Positions 32,429 to 42,590 of a stretch of 64,000 bases of DNA are shown one piece after another (position 1 is the first letter of the stretch; every line of letters starts with the position of its first letter). Where the stretch lies: the NCBI GenBank assembly GCA_963834385.1, contig CAWIBO010000002.1, forward strand, positions 1,152,001-1,216,000. Reading direction: 5' to 3'. Under the pieces are notes generated by a model that saw nothing but the letters and a program-made list of their open reading frames with translations, ran no database searches and was not told the DNA's origin. Position numbers and translations under genes: made by a program. The stretch comes from an uncultured Verrucomicrobiae bacterium. GTDB lineage: Bacteria > Verrucomicrobiota > Verrucomicrobiia > Chthoniobacterales > UBA10450.

Positions 32429-33230
32429 GAAACCAGGGGAAGACGAGGATGGAGGGTGGAGGGTAGAGGATGGTCTCCGTCCTACTCGTAATCATAATCG
32501 TGCTCGTAATCGCTCCCCCGCTTTCCCAAAAAAAGCTGAAACGCTGAAACGCTGACAAGCTGAAATAAGGAGAAGACGAATTAGGAATCCAGGAGTTGAG
32601 ACGAGGATGGAGAATGGAAGATGGAGGATAGAAACTGCTTCCAACGATTCACCACTAACGATTCACGATTCACGCCCCATCAAATCCCCTCCTGCTCATG
32701 CTCTTAATCTTGATCTTGCTCCTCTTAGGAAACCAGGAAGACAGGAAGGGACGAGAAGAACCGAGGATCGAAGGTAGAGGATAGAGGATCGCCTCCATCT
32801 CGACCTCCGACGCCCGACGCCCGACCACCCGCTCCGCCCGGCGTTTTCCCCCGGTAGGGCGAGACTCCGTCGAGCCTGGGAGAAGGCTTCGCTCCGGAGG
32901 GGAAGACAGGATTAACAGGAGGGACAGGATTTAAGGCAAAGGCGTGACCCGTCTTTGATGGCGGCGCTGCATTTCACATGCTGGCAGCGCGTGCTCACAG
33001 GCTCGACGGAGTCTCGCCCCACCGAGGAACCCGGCCCCGCTCCCCAAACTCCTGCTCCTGCTCTTGATCTTGCTCCTGATCCTCTGAAACCCCGATAACC
33101 AATAACCAATAACCAATAACCGTTCAGGAACTGAACCCCGAACCCCGATAACCGGTCATGCCTCCTTTTCCTGTTTTCCTCCTTTCCTGATTAGAATTCT
33201 TTTCCTGGTTTCCTGGCTTCCAAATTGGTC
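32420..33230. repeat. Largest composite repeat array (~800 bp)
   Basis: Contains nearly all module types plus REPIN 32853-33023. Confidence 0.9.
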
Positions 33231-33284
33231 CCTCTTCCGCCCCCCGCATGACATCGGCAATGGTCTGCGCGACGTTAAAAACCC

Positions 33285-35396
33285 ATGAGAACCGTCATCC
33301 TTCTTCTGCTGCTCGCTCTTTCTGCTTCAGCCCAGGATTCCTCGCCCGCCGCCACCGCCGCGGCGGACAGCCGGCAACCCTTCACCTTTGCCGCCATGAT
33401 GAAACTGAAGCGCGTTGGTGCGCCCAACCCTTCGCCCGACGGCAAATGGGTGGTCTTCGACGCGGTCGATGTGGATCTTGCGGCCAACACCAGGATTTCC
33501 CGGCTCTGGATCGTGCCCGCGAGCGGCGGGGAAGCGCGCCGGCTGAACCCCGCCACCGACAACCACGAGGAGCGGCCGCGCTTCGCGCCGGACGGAAAAC
33601 ATCTGATCTGGACGTCAAAGGCCACCGATCCGTCGCAGATCTGGATGGCGCCCTTTGACCCGGCCAAGGGTCTCCTGGCGGCGGCCCCGCATCAGGTCAC
33701 CGGCCTTTCCACCGGCGCGGATGGCGGCGTCTGGACGGGTGACGGCAAAAACATTCTTTTTGTTTCCAACGTTTATCCCGACTGCAAGGACGACGCCTGC
33801 AACCGGCAGCGGGACGAGGAGCTGAAGCAGGGCAAAGTTTCCGCCAAGATTTTCACCCGGCTGCTTTACCGGCATTGGGCTTCCTACACCGAGTTCAAGC
33901 GGAGCCATCTTTTTGTCGTGAGCGCTCTCTCCCGGGCCGGGGCCAGGGAATCAATTCCCGCGCGCGACCTCACCCCGGGCGACCACGACGTGCCGCCCTT
34001 TAACCTCGGCGGCCAGGACATGTACGCCTCCTCTCCGGACGGTCAGGAGGTCGCCTACACCAGCAATACCGACAAGGTGGAGGCCACCAGCACCAATAAC
34101 GATGTCTTCATCATCCCGCTCTCGGGGGGCAGCCCGAAGAAGATTTCGACCAGCCCGGGCAACGACAACACGCCCCTCTATTCGCCGGACGGAAAATGGA
34201 TTGCCTGGCGGTCCATGGCGCGGGCCGGCTACGAGGCCGATCGGCAGACCCTGGTGGCGTACGAACGGGCCGGAGGCCGGCTGCGCGACCTGACAGCGAC
34301 GCTGGATCGCTCCGCCGGCAGCTTCACCTGGGCGCTGGAGAACGCGAAACCGGTCCTCGCTTTTGTGGCGGAACAACGGGGATACGCCCCTCTCTATGTC
34401 GTGGGCCTGGAGGGCGCGAAACCGCGCCAGGTGGGCGATGCGAAACTGCACCTCGACGATCTCGTCTTTGCGCAGGACCACCTTTATGCCACCCGCATGT
34501 CCGTCGCGCAGCCGAACGAGATCGTCCGGCTTACCCTTTCCGCCGACCCGGCGATCTCCGCGGTCACGCACATGAACGACGCGCTCCTCTCGGAGATCAG
34601 CATGCAACCGCTCGAGTCGTTCACCTTCCAGGGCGCGAACAACGACGAGGTGGAGGGTTTCCTGGTCCGCCCGCCCGGGTTCGATCCCAAACAGAAATAT
34701 CCCGTCAAGTTCCTCATCCATGGCGGACCGCAGGGAGCGTGGGGTGATTCCTGGTCCTACCGATGGAACCCGCAGCTTTTTGCCGCGACCGGCAATTATG
34801 CCGTGATCATGATCAACTTCCATGGGTCGACCGGCTACGGCCAGGCCTTTACCGACGCGATCCAGGGCGAGTGGGGCGGCAAACCGTATGAGGACCTCAT
34901 GAAAGGCCTCGATCATGCGCTGGAGAAATATCCCTTCCTCGATGGGAAACGCGTGGCGGCGCTCGGGGCCAGTTACGGCGGATACATGGTCAACTGGATC
35001 CTCGGGCAGACCGACCGTTTCCGGTGCGTTGTCTCCCACGATGGCGTCTTCAACACCGAGGCCGCCTACGGCACCACCGAGGAACTCTGGTTCGTGGAGT
35101 GGGAATTCAAAGGCCCGCCGTGGGAACAGCGTGAGCTCTACCGGAAGTGGTCGCCCCACCTCCACGCCGAAAAATTCAAAACGCCGACCCTCGTCGTCCA
35201 CGGGCAGCTCGATTATCGGCTCGACGTTTCCGAGGGGTTCCAGCTCTTCACCACCCTGCAACGTCTGGGTGTGCCCTCGAAAATGCTCTATTTCCCCGAC
35301 GAAGGCCATTGGGTGCTGAAACCGCAAAACTCCCAGCTCTGGTATCAGACCGTGAACGATTGGGTCGACCAGTGGTGTAAAAGTAGCCGGGAATAG
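33285..35396 (+). CDS. S9 family peptidase
   Basis: Signal peptide, PD40 repeats, IHGGP, GASYGG, DEGH. Confidence 0.93.
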   Translation: MRTVILLLLLALSASAQDSSPAATAAADSRQPFTFAAMMKLKRVGAPNPSPDGKWVVFDAVDVDLAANTRISRLWIVPASGGEARRLNPATDNHEERPRFAPDGKHLIWTSKATDPSQIWMAPFDPAKGLLAAAPHQVTGLSTGADGGVWTGDGKNILFVSNVYPDCKDDACNRQRDEELKQGKVSAKIFTRLLYRHWASYTEFKRSHLFVVSALSRAGARESIPARDLTPGDHDVPPFNLGGQDMYASSPDGQEVAYTSNTDKVEATSTNNDVFIIPLSGGSPKKISTSPGNDNTPLYSPDGKWIAWRSMARAGYEADRQTLVAYERAGGRLRDLTATLDRSAGSFTWALENAKPVLAFVAEQRGYAPLYVVGLEGAKPRQVGDAKLHLDDLVFAQDHLYATRMSVAQPNEIVRLTLSADPAISAVTHMNDALLSEISMQPLESFTFQGANNDEVEGFLVRPPGFDPKQKYPVKFLIHGGPQGAWGDSWSYRWNPQLFAATGNYAVIMINFHGSTGYGQAFTDAIQGEWGGKPYEDLMKGLDHALEKYPFLDGKRVAALGASYGGYMVNWILGQTDRFRCVVSHDGVFNTEAAYGTTEELWFVEWEFKGPPWEQRELYRKWSPHLHAEKFKTPTLVVHGQLDYRLDVSEGFQLFTTLQRLGVPSKMLYFPDEGHWVLKPQNSQLWYQTVNDWVDQWCKSSRE

Positions 35397-35434
35397 CGTT
35401 TGAGGGATTGTCCTGTTGCGACAAAATTGCACAG

Positions 35435-36898
35435 GTGCCCCAAAACGACCCAGCCGGCCTCCAGCCGACCGTTCTGATCGTCGATGACGAGAAGCCGACG
35501 CGGGACGGTTTGCGCCGGCTGCTGGAGGACCAGTACGACACCTACATCGCGGAGGACATCCGCGGCGCCATGGACGTGCTTGAGCGCGAGTCGATCGATC
35601 TCGTCCTGACGGATCTTCGCCTGGCCGGCGACGACGGGATGGACCTGGTGGAGAAGGCGCTGAAAAGATCGCACCCGCCCATTGTCGTCATGATGACGGC
35701 CTACGGCTCGGTCGACACCGCGGTGGAGGCGATGAAACGGGGTGTCTACGACTTTGTGACCAAGCCGCTGAACCTGGACAAGGTGGAAATGCTGATCGCC
35801 CGGGCCTTGAACAGCCGCAAGATCGAGCAGGAGAACCGGAGCCTGCGCCAGCAGGTCAACGAGCGGTTTGGCCTCGAGAACATCGTCGGCGAATCCGCCC
35901 CCCTGCGCGAAGTCCTCGACACCATCCGGCAGGTGGCCCCCTCCTCGGCCAACGTCCTGATCGAGGGCGAAAGCGGCACGGGCAAGGAACTGGCGGCGCA
36001 CGCCATCCATAACCTGAGCCGGCGGAACAAGGCAAAATTCGTCACGGTGCATTGCGCCGCCCTTTCACCCACGCTCCTGGAGAGCGAGCTTTTCGGGCAC
36101 GAACGCGGCGCCTTCACCGGGGCGCACGAGCGCCGGATCGGCCGGTTCGAACAGGCCAACGGCGGCACCATTTTCCTCGATGAAATCGGCGAGATCGACG
36201 CCAGCACCCAGGTGAAGCTCCTGCGCGTGATCAGCGAGGAGCGCTCCTTTGAACGCGTGGGCGGCAGCCAGACCCTCCGGGCCGACGTCCGGCTCATCGC
36301 GGCCACGAACAAGAACCTCCAGGAACTGGTCAAGGAGGGGAAGTTCCGGGACGACCTCTATTTCCGCCTCAATGTCGTCCATCTCACCATGCCGCCGTTG
36401 CGCGATCGCCGGGAAGATATTCCGCTTCTCGTGCGCGGCTTTTTGCGGCACTTCTGTAAGGCGAATGACAAGCCGCTGCTCGAAATCGCCCCGGAGGCCA
36501 TGAACGTCCTCCTCAGCTACGATTGGCCGGGCAACGTGCGCGAGCTGCGGACCGCCGTCGAACACGGCGTGGTCATGGCCACGGGCAAACAGATTCAATT
36601 GCGCGAACTGCCCATGAACGTCCGCCAGACGGCCGTGGCCAGCCTTCCGGCGGGCATCACCCCGGCCCGCGCTTTCGGCGAAAAGGCCAGCCCGCTCGAT
36701 CTCCACGAGACCGAGCGCCGCCTCATCATGCAGGCGCTCGCCGCCAGCGAAGGCAACGTCACCGCCGCGGCCAAAAAACTGGGCATCAGCCGCCGCACCC
36801 TGCACCGGAAGATCAACGAAATGAACGCGGAGAAACAAAAGGCGGCGGGCGGGAGTCCCGGCGCCGGGGACGAGGAGCACGATGGCCGGGCCAGCTGA
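35435..36898 (+). CDS. Sigma-54-dependent response regulator (NtrC family)
   Basis: REC, GESGTGKE, GAFTGA, WPGNVREL, Fis HTH; start uncertain. Confidence 0.95.
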   Translation: MPQNDPAGLQPTVLIVDDEKPTRDGLRRLLEDQYDTYIAEDIRGAMDVLERESIDLVLTDLRLAGDDGMDLVEKALKRSHPPIVVMMTAYGSVDTAVEAMKRGVYDFVTKPLNLDKVEMLIARALNSRKIEQENRSLRQQVNERFGLENIVGESAPLREVLDTIRQVAPSSANVLIEGESGTGKELAAHAIHNLSRRNKAKFVTVHCAALSPTLLESELFGHERGAFTGAHERRIGRFEQANGGTIFLDEIGEIDASTQVKLLRVISEERSFERVGGSQTLRADVRLIAATNKNLQELVKEGKFRDDLYFRLNVVHLTMPPLRDRREDIPLLVRGFLRHFCKANDKPLLEIAPEAMNVLLSYDWPGNVRELRTAVEHGVVMATGKQIQLRELPMNVRQTAVASLPAGITPARAFGEKASPLDLHETERRLIMQALAASEGNVTAAAKKLGISRRTLHRKINEMNAEKQKAAGGSPGAGDEEHDGRAS

Positions 36899-38612
36899 CG
36901 CCATCCAGCGCGCGGTGCACGCGCTCGAATCCGGCGGCCTGGCCGTCTGGGTCCGGCGCGCCCTCATCGTGGTCGCGCTGGTCGGCCTCGCCCTCTTTTA
37001 CCAGATACGGGAGTTCCGCGGTCTGGCCACTTCGCACGCGATGGACCAGGCCCAGATCGGGCGGCAGCTCGCCAGCGGACACGGCTTCCGCACCCAGTTC
37101 ATCCGGCCGCGCGCCATCGGGCAATTGCAGGCCCGGGGCAAGGACGTCGCCACCAACATCTGGTACGACACCTACAACGCGCCCCTGCCGCCCCTCCTGA
37201 ATGCCGTGGTTCTCTTTCCTTTCAAGGCGCGCTGGCAAATGACGCCCGCCGACGTCATCTATGCCGGCGACAAGGTCATCGCCTTCACCGGCATCCTTCT
37301 TTTCTTCGCCTCGCTCGTCCTGCTCTACTTCATCGCGCGGCGGCTCTTTGATCAGCGCCTCGCGCTCATGGCCTGCGGGATCATGGTCCTGTGCGACCTC
37401 CTTTGGCAGTACTCGATCTCCGGTCTGCCGCAGATGCTCATGCTCTTCCTTTTCCACGGCACGATTTATCTCGTGGTCCGCGCCGTCCAGGCCCAGGACG
37501 TGGGCGGGCGTGTCGGCTTCTGGCTCGCGGGCGTGGGGGCCGGTTTCGGTCTCCTGGCGCTCACCCATGCCCTCACCATCTGGATCTTCGTGGCCGCGCT
37601 CCTCTTTTTCGCGATTCACTTCCGCCCGCGCGGCTGGGCCGCTCTCTTGGTCCTCGCTGTTTTCCTGGCGATCTATTCGCCCTGGCTCCTCCGGAACTAT
37701 GTGGTCTCAGGCCATCCCGGCGGCGTCGCCATCTACTCGGTCCTGGCCGATATGAAATATTCCGAGGCGGGCTGGATGCGCCGGATCGGCCTCGATACCA
37801 CCGGCGTCGGTCCGGCGGCCCTGCGGACGAAGATTGTCAGCAATGTCGTCGGCCAGGCCGGCCAGCTCGTGCGGCATCTCGGCTGGAACGTGGTCGCTCT
37901 CGCCTTCTTTTTCAGCCTCATGCACCGCTTTAAACGGCCGGAAACCGCCATGCTCAAATGGATGCTGCTCGCTCTCTGGCTCGGCGCTTTTGCCGGGATG
38001 TCTCTCTATGGTCTGCCCGAGGAGCAGGGCTTCGCCGCGAACCAGCTCCATCTGCTTTTTCTGCCGCTCATGACCTGCTTCGGGCTCGCCTTTCTTCTCG
38101 TGCAATGGAACCGCACGGAGGTCGACCTGCGCGTGGCGCGGGTTGGTTTCATCGTCGGCCTTTTCCTCCTCTGCTCGTTGCCGCTCCTGTTCAACATGAT
38201 CATGCCGCGAAAGGCGCAGATCCGCTGGCCCCCTTACGTCCCGCCTTACATCGCCGTCCTCAACTCCTGGATGGGTCCGGCCGAGATCACCGCCTCCGAC
38301 ATGCCCTGGGCCATCGCCTGGTATGCCGATCGGCGCGCCCTTTGGGTCCCCGAAAACGTCCGCGTCATGACCGAGCTGAATGACTGGGGCCGCCTCGGCG
38401 GACCGATCAACGGCCTTTATCTCACGCCGATCAGCGGCAGCCAGAATGTCCTCACGGATATTCTCAAGGGGGAATACCGCAACTGGGCCACCGTCATCCT
38501 GCGCAGCGTCGATCTCCAGACGTTCCCCCTGAAATGGGCCACCCTGCTCGGGCTCGAGAACGAATGCGTTTTCTTCAGCAACGAAGACCGCCAGAAACTT
38601 CCGGCACGGTGA
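36882..38612 (+). CDS. Membrane glycosyltransferase (GT39/ArnT-like)
   Basis: Many TM helices; MDQAQIGRQL, PWLLRN. Confidence 0.7.
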   Translation: MAGPADAIQRAVHALESGGLAVWVRRALIVVALVGLALFYQIREFRGLATSHAMDQAQIGRQLASGHGFRTQFIRPRAIGQLQARGKDVATNIWYDTYNAPLPPLLNAVVLFPFKARWQMTPADVIYAGDKVIAFTGILLFFASLVLLYFIARRLFDQRLALMACGIMVLCDLLWQYSISGLPQMLMLFLFHGTIYLVVRAVQAQDVGGRVGFWLAGVGAGFGLLALTHALTIWIFVAALLFFAIHFRPRGWAALLVLAVFLAIYSPWLLRNYVVSGHPGGVAIYSVLADMKYSEAGWMRRIGLDTTGVGPAALRTKIVSNVVGQAGQLVRHLGWNVVALAFFFSLMHRFKRPETAMLKWMLLALWLGAFAGMSLYGLPEEQGFAANQLHLLFLPLMTCFGLAFLLVQWNRTEVDLRVARVGFIVGLFLLCSLPLLFNMIMPRKAQIRWPPYVPPYIAVLNSWMGPAEITASDMPWAIAWYADRRALWVPENVRVMTELNDWGRLGGPINGLYLTPISGSQNVLTDILKGEYRNWATVILRSVDLQTFPLKWATLLGLENECVFFSNEDRQKLPAR

Positions 38613-40003
38613 TGGACAGGAACGCCGCCAGGAAAATCTTCGGGACGGACGGTGTGCGCGGCGTGGCCAACGTCGAGCCGGTTACGGCGGAGACGGCGCT
38701 CAAGCTCGGGCGCGCGGCCGCCCATGTCTTTACCCAGCTGCACCCGCAGGCGCACAGTGCCGGGACTCGTCCGAAGATCGTGCTCGGCAAGGACACGCGC
38801 CTGAGCGGTTACATGCTCGAGAACGCCTTCGTGGCCGGGATCACCTCGCTCGGCGTGGATGTCCTCGTCATTGGCCCGCTCCCCACCCCCGGTGTCGCCT
38901 ACATCACGCGCTCCCTTCGGGCCGATGCCGGCATTGTCCTCTCCGCCTCGCACAACCCCTACGAGGACAACGGCATCAAGTTCTTCCGGCACGACGGCTA
39001 CAAGCTCGATGACCGCATCGAGGAGCAGATCGAGCAGCTTGTCTTCACCGGCGAGATCGATGCCATCCGTCCGACCGCGGGGAACATCGGGCGGGCCCGC
39101 CGGATCGACGACGCCCTCGGCCGTTACGTCGAGTTCGCCAAGGCCAGTTTTCCCCGGGGCATGACCCTCGAGAAAATGCATGTGGCCGTCGACGTGGCCA
39201 ACGGCGCCGCCTACAAGTCCACTCCCTGCATCCTGCGGGAACTGGGCGCGACCCTGACTGTGGCGCACAACGAGCCGAACGGGACCAACATCAACGCCGA
39301 TTGCGGGAGCACGCATCCCGGGGAGATCCAGCGTCTCCAGCGCGAGAGCGGCGCCCGGGTCGGCTTGACGCACGATGGCGACGCCGACCGCGTTCTTCTC
39401 TGCGACGAGCAGGGCGAGCTCGTCGATGGCGACGAGATCCTGGCCATCGCCGCGGTCGACCTTCTGCAGCACGACCAGCTTCGCGACAAGACTCTCGTGG
39501 CCACCGTCATGAGCAATTTCGGGCTCGAGGAAACCATCGGCGCGGCCGGCGGCCAGGTGATACGCACTGCCGTGGGCGATCGTTACGTTCTCGCCGAGAT
39601 GGTGCAGCGCAATCTCAACCTCGGCGGTGAACAGAGCGGCCACATGATCTTCCGCGATTTCACCACCACCGGCGACGGCATCATCAGCGCCCTCCAGATT
39701 CTTCGCATCATGACCGCGACCGGCCGTCCGCTCAGTGAACTCAAGAAATGTCTGCGGAAGTTTCCCCAGGCCCAGCGCAATCTGCGTGTCCGGGAAAAGG
39801 TGCCGCTGGAAAAGCTTTCCGGGGTGATGAGCCTGGTGCGCGAGACGGAGACGGAGCTCTCCGGCAAGGGGCGTGTCCTCTTGCGTTATTCCGGGACGGA
39901 ACCGAAGATCCGCCTTCTCATCGAGGGGCGCGACCGCGAAAAGATCGAGCAGCGCGCCGACCGGATTGCCGGCGCCATCCGCGATGAGATCGGTTCCGAC
40001 TAG
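38612..40003 (+). CDS. glmM: Phosphoglucosamine mutase
   Basis: FGTDGVRG, SASHNP, DGDADR, GGEQSGH, RYSGTEP. Confidence 0.96.
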   Translation: MDRNAARKIFGTDGVRGVANVEPVTAETALKLGRAAAHVFTQLHPQAHSAGTRPKIVLGKDTRLSGYMLENAFVAGITSLGVDVLVIGPLPTPGVAYITRSLRADAGIVLSASHNPYEDNGIKFFRHDGYKLDDRIEEQIEQLVFTGEIDAIRPTAGNIGRARRIDDALGRYVEFAKASFPRGMTLEKMHVAVDVANGAAYKSTPCILRELGATLTVAHNEPNGTNINADCGSTHPGEIQRLQRESGARVGLTHDGDADRVLLCDEQGELVDGDEILAIAAVDLLQHDQLRDKTLVATVMSNFGLEETIGAAGGQVIRTAVGDRYVLAEMVQRNLNLGGEQSGHMIFRDFTTTGDGIISALQILRIMTATGRPLSELKKCLRKFPQAQRNLRVREKVPLEKLSGVMSLVRETETELSGKGRVLLRYSGTEPKIRLLIEGRDREKIEQRADRIAGAIRDEIGSD

Positions 40004-40034
40004 GCGGCTCGTTTTTCCCAATGATTTTTAACAG

Positions 40035-40697
40035 ATGACTCTTTCCCGCATCCTTGAAGCGCTGCTTTTCAGCGCGCAAAAACCGCTCACCACCCGTGAA
40101 CTCCTTGACGCCGTCAAGGGAGAGGGGGAGACGGACGAACTGGTCCCGAACGAGTTTGCGCGGACGCGTGAGGCCGAGGTGGCGGCGGCGCTCGAGGAGC
40201 TGAAGGTCGAATACATCGGGCAGCAGCGCGCCTTTCAACTGGCGGAACAGGCCGATGGCTGGCAGCTCGTGACCGATCCCGCATACGGCGAATGGATCCG
40301 CCGCCTTTTCCCGGCGCCGAAACCCGCCCGCCTGAGCGCGCCCGCCCTCGAGACACTCGCCATCATCGCCTATCGACAGCCGATCACGCGCGCCGATGTC
40401 GAGGCCGTGCGCGGCGTTGCCATCGACGGCGTTTTGCAGACGCTTTTGGAACGCGGTCTGGTCAGGATCGGCGGCCGGGCCGAAGTCCCGGGCCGTCCGT
40501 TGCTCTACGAGACCACCGGTTTTTTCCTCGAGCACTTCGGCCTGCGCAACCTGGACGAACTCCCAAACGCCGAGGAGCTCCGCACCCGTTACCTGCCCAA
40601 AGCCCCGCCGCCAAAGACGCCCGCGCCCGCCGGGGAGGAGCTTAACGAAGATGAATCAGGAAAGCAGGAAGGGCCGAGGATGGAGAATGGAGAATAG
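40035..40697 (+). CDS. scpB: SMC-Scp complex subunit ScpB
   Basis: LETLAIIAYRQPITR, GRPLLYETT. Confidence 0.95.
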   Translation: MTLSRILEALLFSAQKPLTTRELLDAVKGEGETDELVPNEFARTREAEVAAALEELKVEYIGQQRAFQLAEQADGWQLVTDPAYGEWIRRLFPAPKPARLSAPALETLAIIAYRQPITRADVEAVRGVAIDGVLQTLLERGLVRIGGRAEVPGRPLLYETTGFFLEHFGLRNLDELPNAEELRTRYLPKAPPPKTPAPAGEELNEDESGKQEGPRMENGE

Positions 40698-40970
40698 AGG
40701 ATCGCCCCCCTCCTACTCCTACTCGTAATCATAATCGTGCTCCTAATCGTCCCCGGCTTTCCCGAAAACGCTGAAACACTGACAAGCTCAAAAGCTGAAA
40801 TAGGGAGAAGACGAATTAGGAAACCAGGAAGGCAGGAAGGGGAAGAAGCCGTGATCGGTGATCCGTGATCTGAACCCCGAACCCTGAACTCCGAACCCTG
40901 ATAACGAATAACCGCGTTCGTTCCACTCCGACCATTCACGATTCACCACTCACCATTCACGTCCTCCCCG
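40655..40970. repeat. Composite repeat array
   Basis: Direct-repeat partner of ~42295-42525. Confidence 0.9.
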
Positions 40971-40977
40971 CCCCCCC

Positions 40978-42108
40978 TCACCGCGCCGGCGTTGTCGCCC
41001 CAAAATACTTCGTCTCCAGCTCATCGAAGTATCCCTGTTCGCGCAGGGCGAGAATGGCGCGGCTGATCCGTTTCCGGTAGGGGCTGTTCTGCGGCAGGAC
41101 CACGCCGTAGCTCTGTTTCTCAAATAACTCACCGACCACGCCGAGTTTCGCGTCGGGATTGTTCCGCGCGTAATACCGCAGCATCGGCGCGTCGTAGACC
41201 ACCGCTTTCACTTCATCCTTCTCCAGGGCGCGCGCGGCCGCATCGACATCAGGGAAGCCCTTCACATTCAACCCCTGTTTCTCCAGGAATGCCGCCGCCG
41301 TGCTCGCGTTCACCGTTCCCACCGGGAACTTTCTCGTCTTCAAATCGGCGATGCTCTGGATGTCGCTGTTCAGGGTGTCGACCGTCATCGCGCTGGTGAT
41401 GGTGGCGGTGATGTAGGTAAAAAGCGCCGCGCCGGCCAGCATCCAGATGATCGCGGTCAGCCGCCCCGCCACCCCGAGCGGAGCCTTGTTCTCGCAACCG
41501 CCCGTGATGATGGTGCAGATCGACCACCAAAGCGCTTCCCAGACGCCGGCGACATATCCTTCCGGAAACGATTCCGCGTTCCGTTTCCGTTCCAGCAGCC
41601 AGATGATGTGCGAATTGAGCAGCAGGACCACGAGCAAACCGATGATCAGCCAGACAATGTCGCCCTTGAACAGGTTGCCCAGCAGCTTCACGAAGGAGCT
41701 GCCCGGTTCGTCGCGGGTCAGGATTTGCAGGCCCGACTCCTTGAAGGGATAGCTGAAATCGACCGTTTCCTCCCGCTCGGAGGTGATGCTGACCGCGGCC
41801 ATGCCGACCTGCGCGCCACTGCCACGGACGTCGTCCAGCATCTGTTGCACGTTCTCCACCACCTTGTAGCCGGCGTCGGGATCAAACGGCAGCTTTGCTT
41901 CCCGGACGATGCGTTCCCACAGCTCGATGCTGTAACCGGTGAGCCGGCCATTCTTCTCGAAGACGAACGGCGTGATCTTGCGGGTGACCACCGTGATCGA
42001 CTCGGACGGCGTCGGCGTTGGCTCAGGCTGCGCCGACAGGGCGCCGGGCAGCAGAATCACGGTTGAAAGAGCGAGGAAAACCAGCCGGCGGAACGTGTTT
42101 GTGAACAT
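40978..42108 (-). CDS. GluR0-like ligand-gated ion channel (split SBP_bac_3 plus pore)
   Basis: Signal, S1 (SITSERE..VDFS), TM-pore-TM, S2 (VVYDAP). Confidence 0.85.
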   Translation of the reverse strand: MFTNTFRRLVFLALSTVILLPGALSAQPEPTPTPSESITVVTRKITPFVFEKNGRLTGYSIELWERIVREAKLPFDPDAGYKVVENVQQMLDDVRGSGAQVGMAAVSITSEREETVDFSYPFKESGLQILTRDEPGSSFVKLLGNLFKGDIVWLIIGLLVVLLLNSHIIWLLERKRNAESFPEGYVAGVWEALWWSICTIITGGCENKAPLGVAGRLTAIIWMLAGAALFTYITATITSAMTVDTLNSDIQSIADLKTRKFPVGTVNASTAAAFLEKQGLNVKGFPDVDAAARALEKDEVKAVVYDAPMLRYYARNNPDAKLGVVGELFEKQSYGVVLPQNSPYRKRISRAILALREQGYFDELETKYFGATTPAR

Positions 42109-42184
42109 GAGAGGACTGGAGGCAAGAGGGAATCCGCGATCCCGTCAAGCCGATTGCCGTTTTCTGAAAAGCGGAGAACAGGAG

Positions 42185-42590
42185 GGAAACGAATTAGGAA
42201 ACCAGGAAAGCAGGAAGGGAATGGCGAACGGAATGCGGTCTTACCGCCATTCACGATTCACAACTCACCATTCACGTTCCCTCGACTCCTGCTCCCCCTC
42301 CTACTCGTGATCTTAATCGTGCTCGTAATCGCTCCCCTGCTTTCGCGAAAAAGCTGAAACAGGGAGAAGACGAATTAGGAAACCAGGAAGGCAGGAAGGG
42401 GAAGAAGCCGTGATCGGTGCTCCGTGATCTGAACCCCGAACCCTGATAACCAATAACGAATAGCGAATACCGCGTTCGTTCCAATCCCACCATCACGATT
42501 CACAACTCACCATTCACGTTCCCTCCGAACCCGAACCCTGAACCCTGAACCCGAACCCCGCCCCACCGCTCACCGCTCACCGCTCACCGA
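42185..42590. repeat. Composite repeat array
   Basis: AGGAA 8-mer, ATTCAC, GAACCC and CACCGCT heptamer modules. Confidence 0.9.

Noticed and set aside
32420..33230. Repeat arrays as CRISPR
   Set aside because: No constant repeat with regular unique spacers; no cas genes
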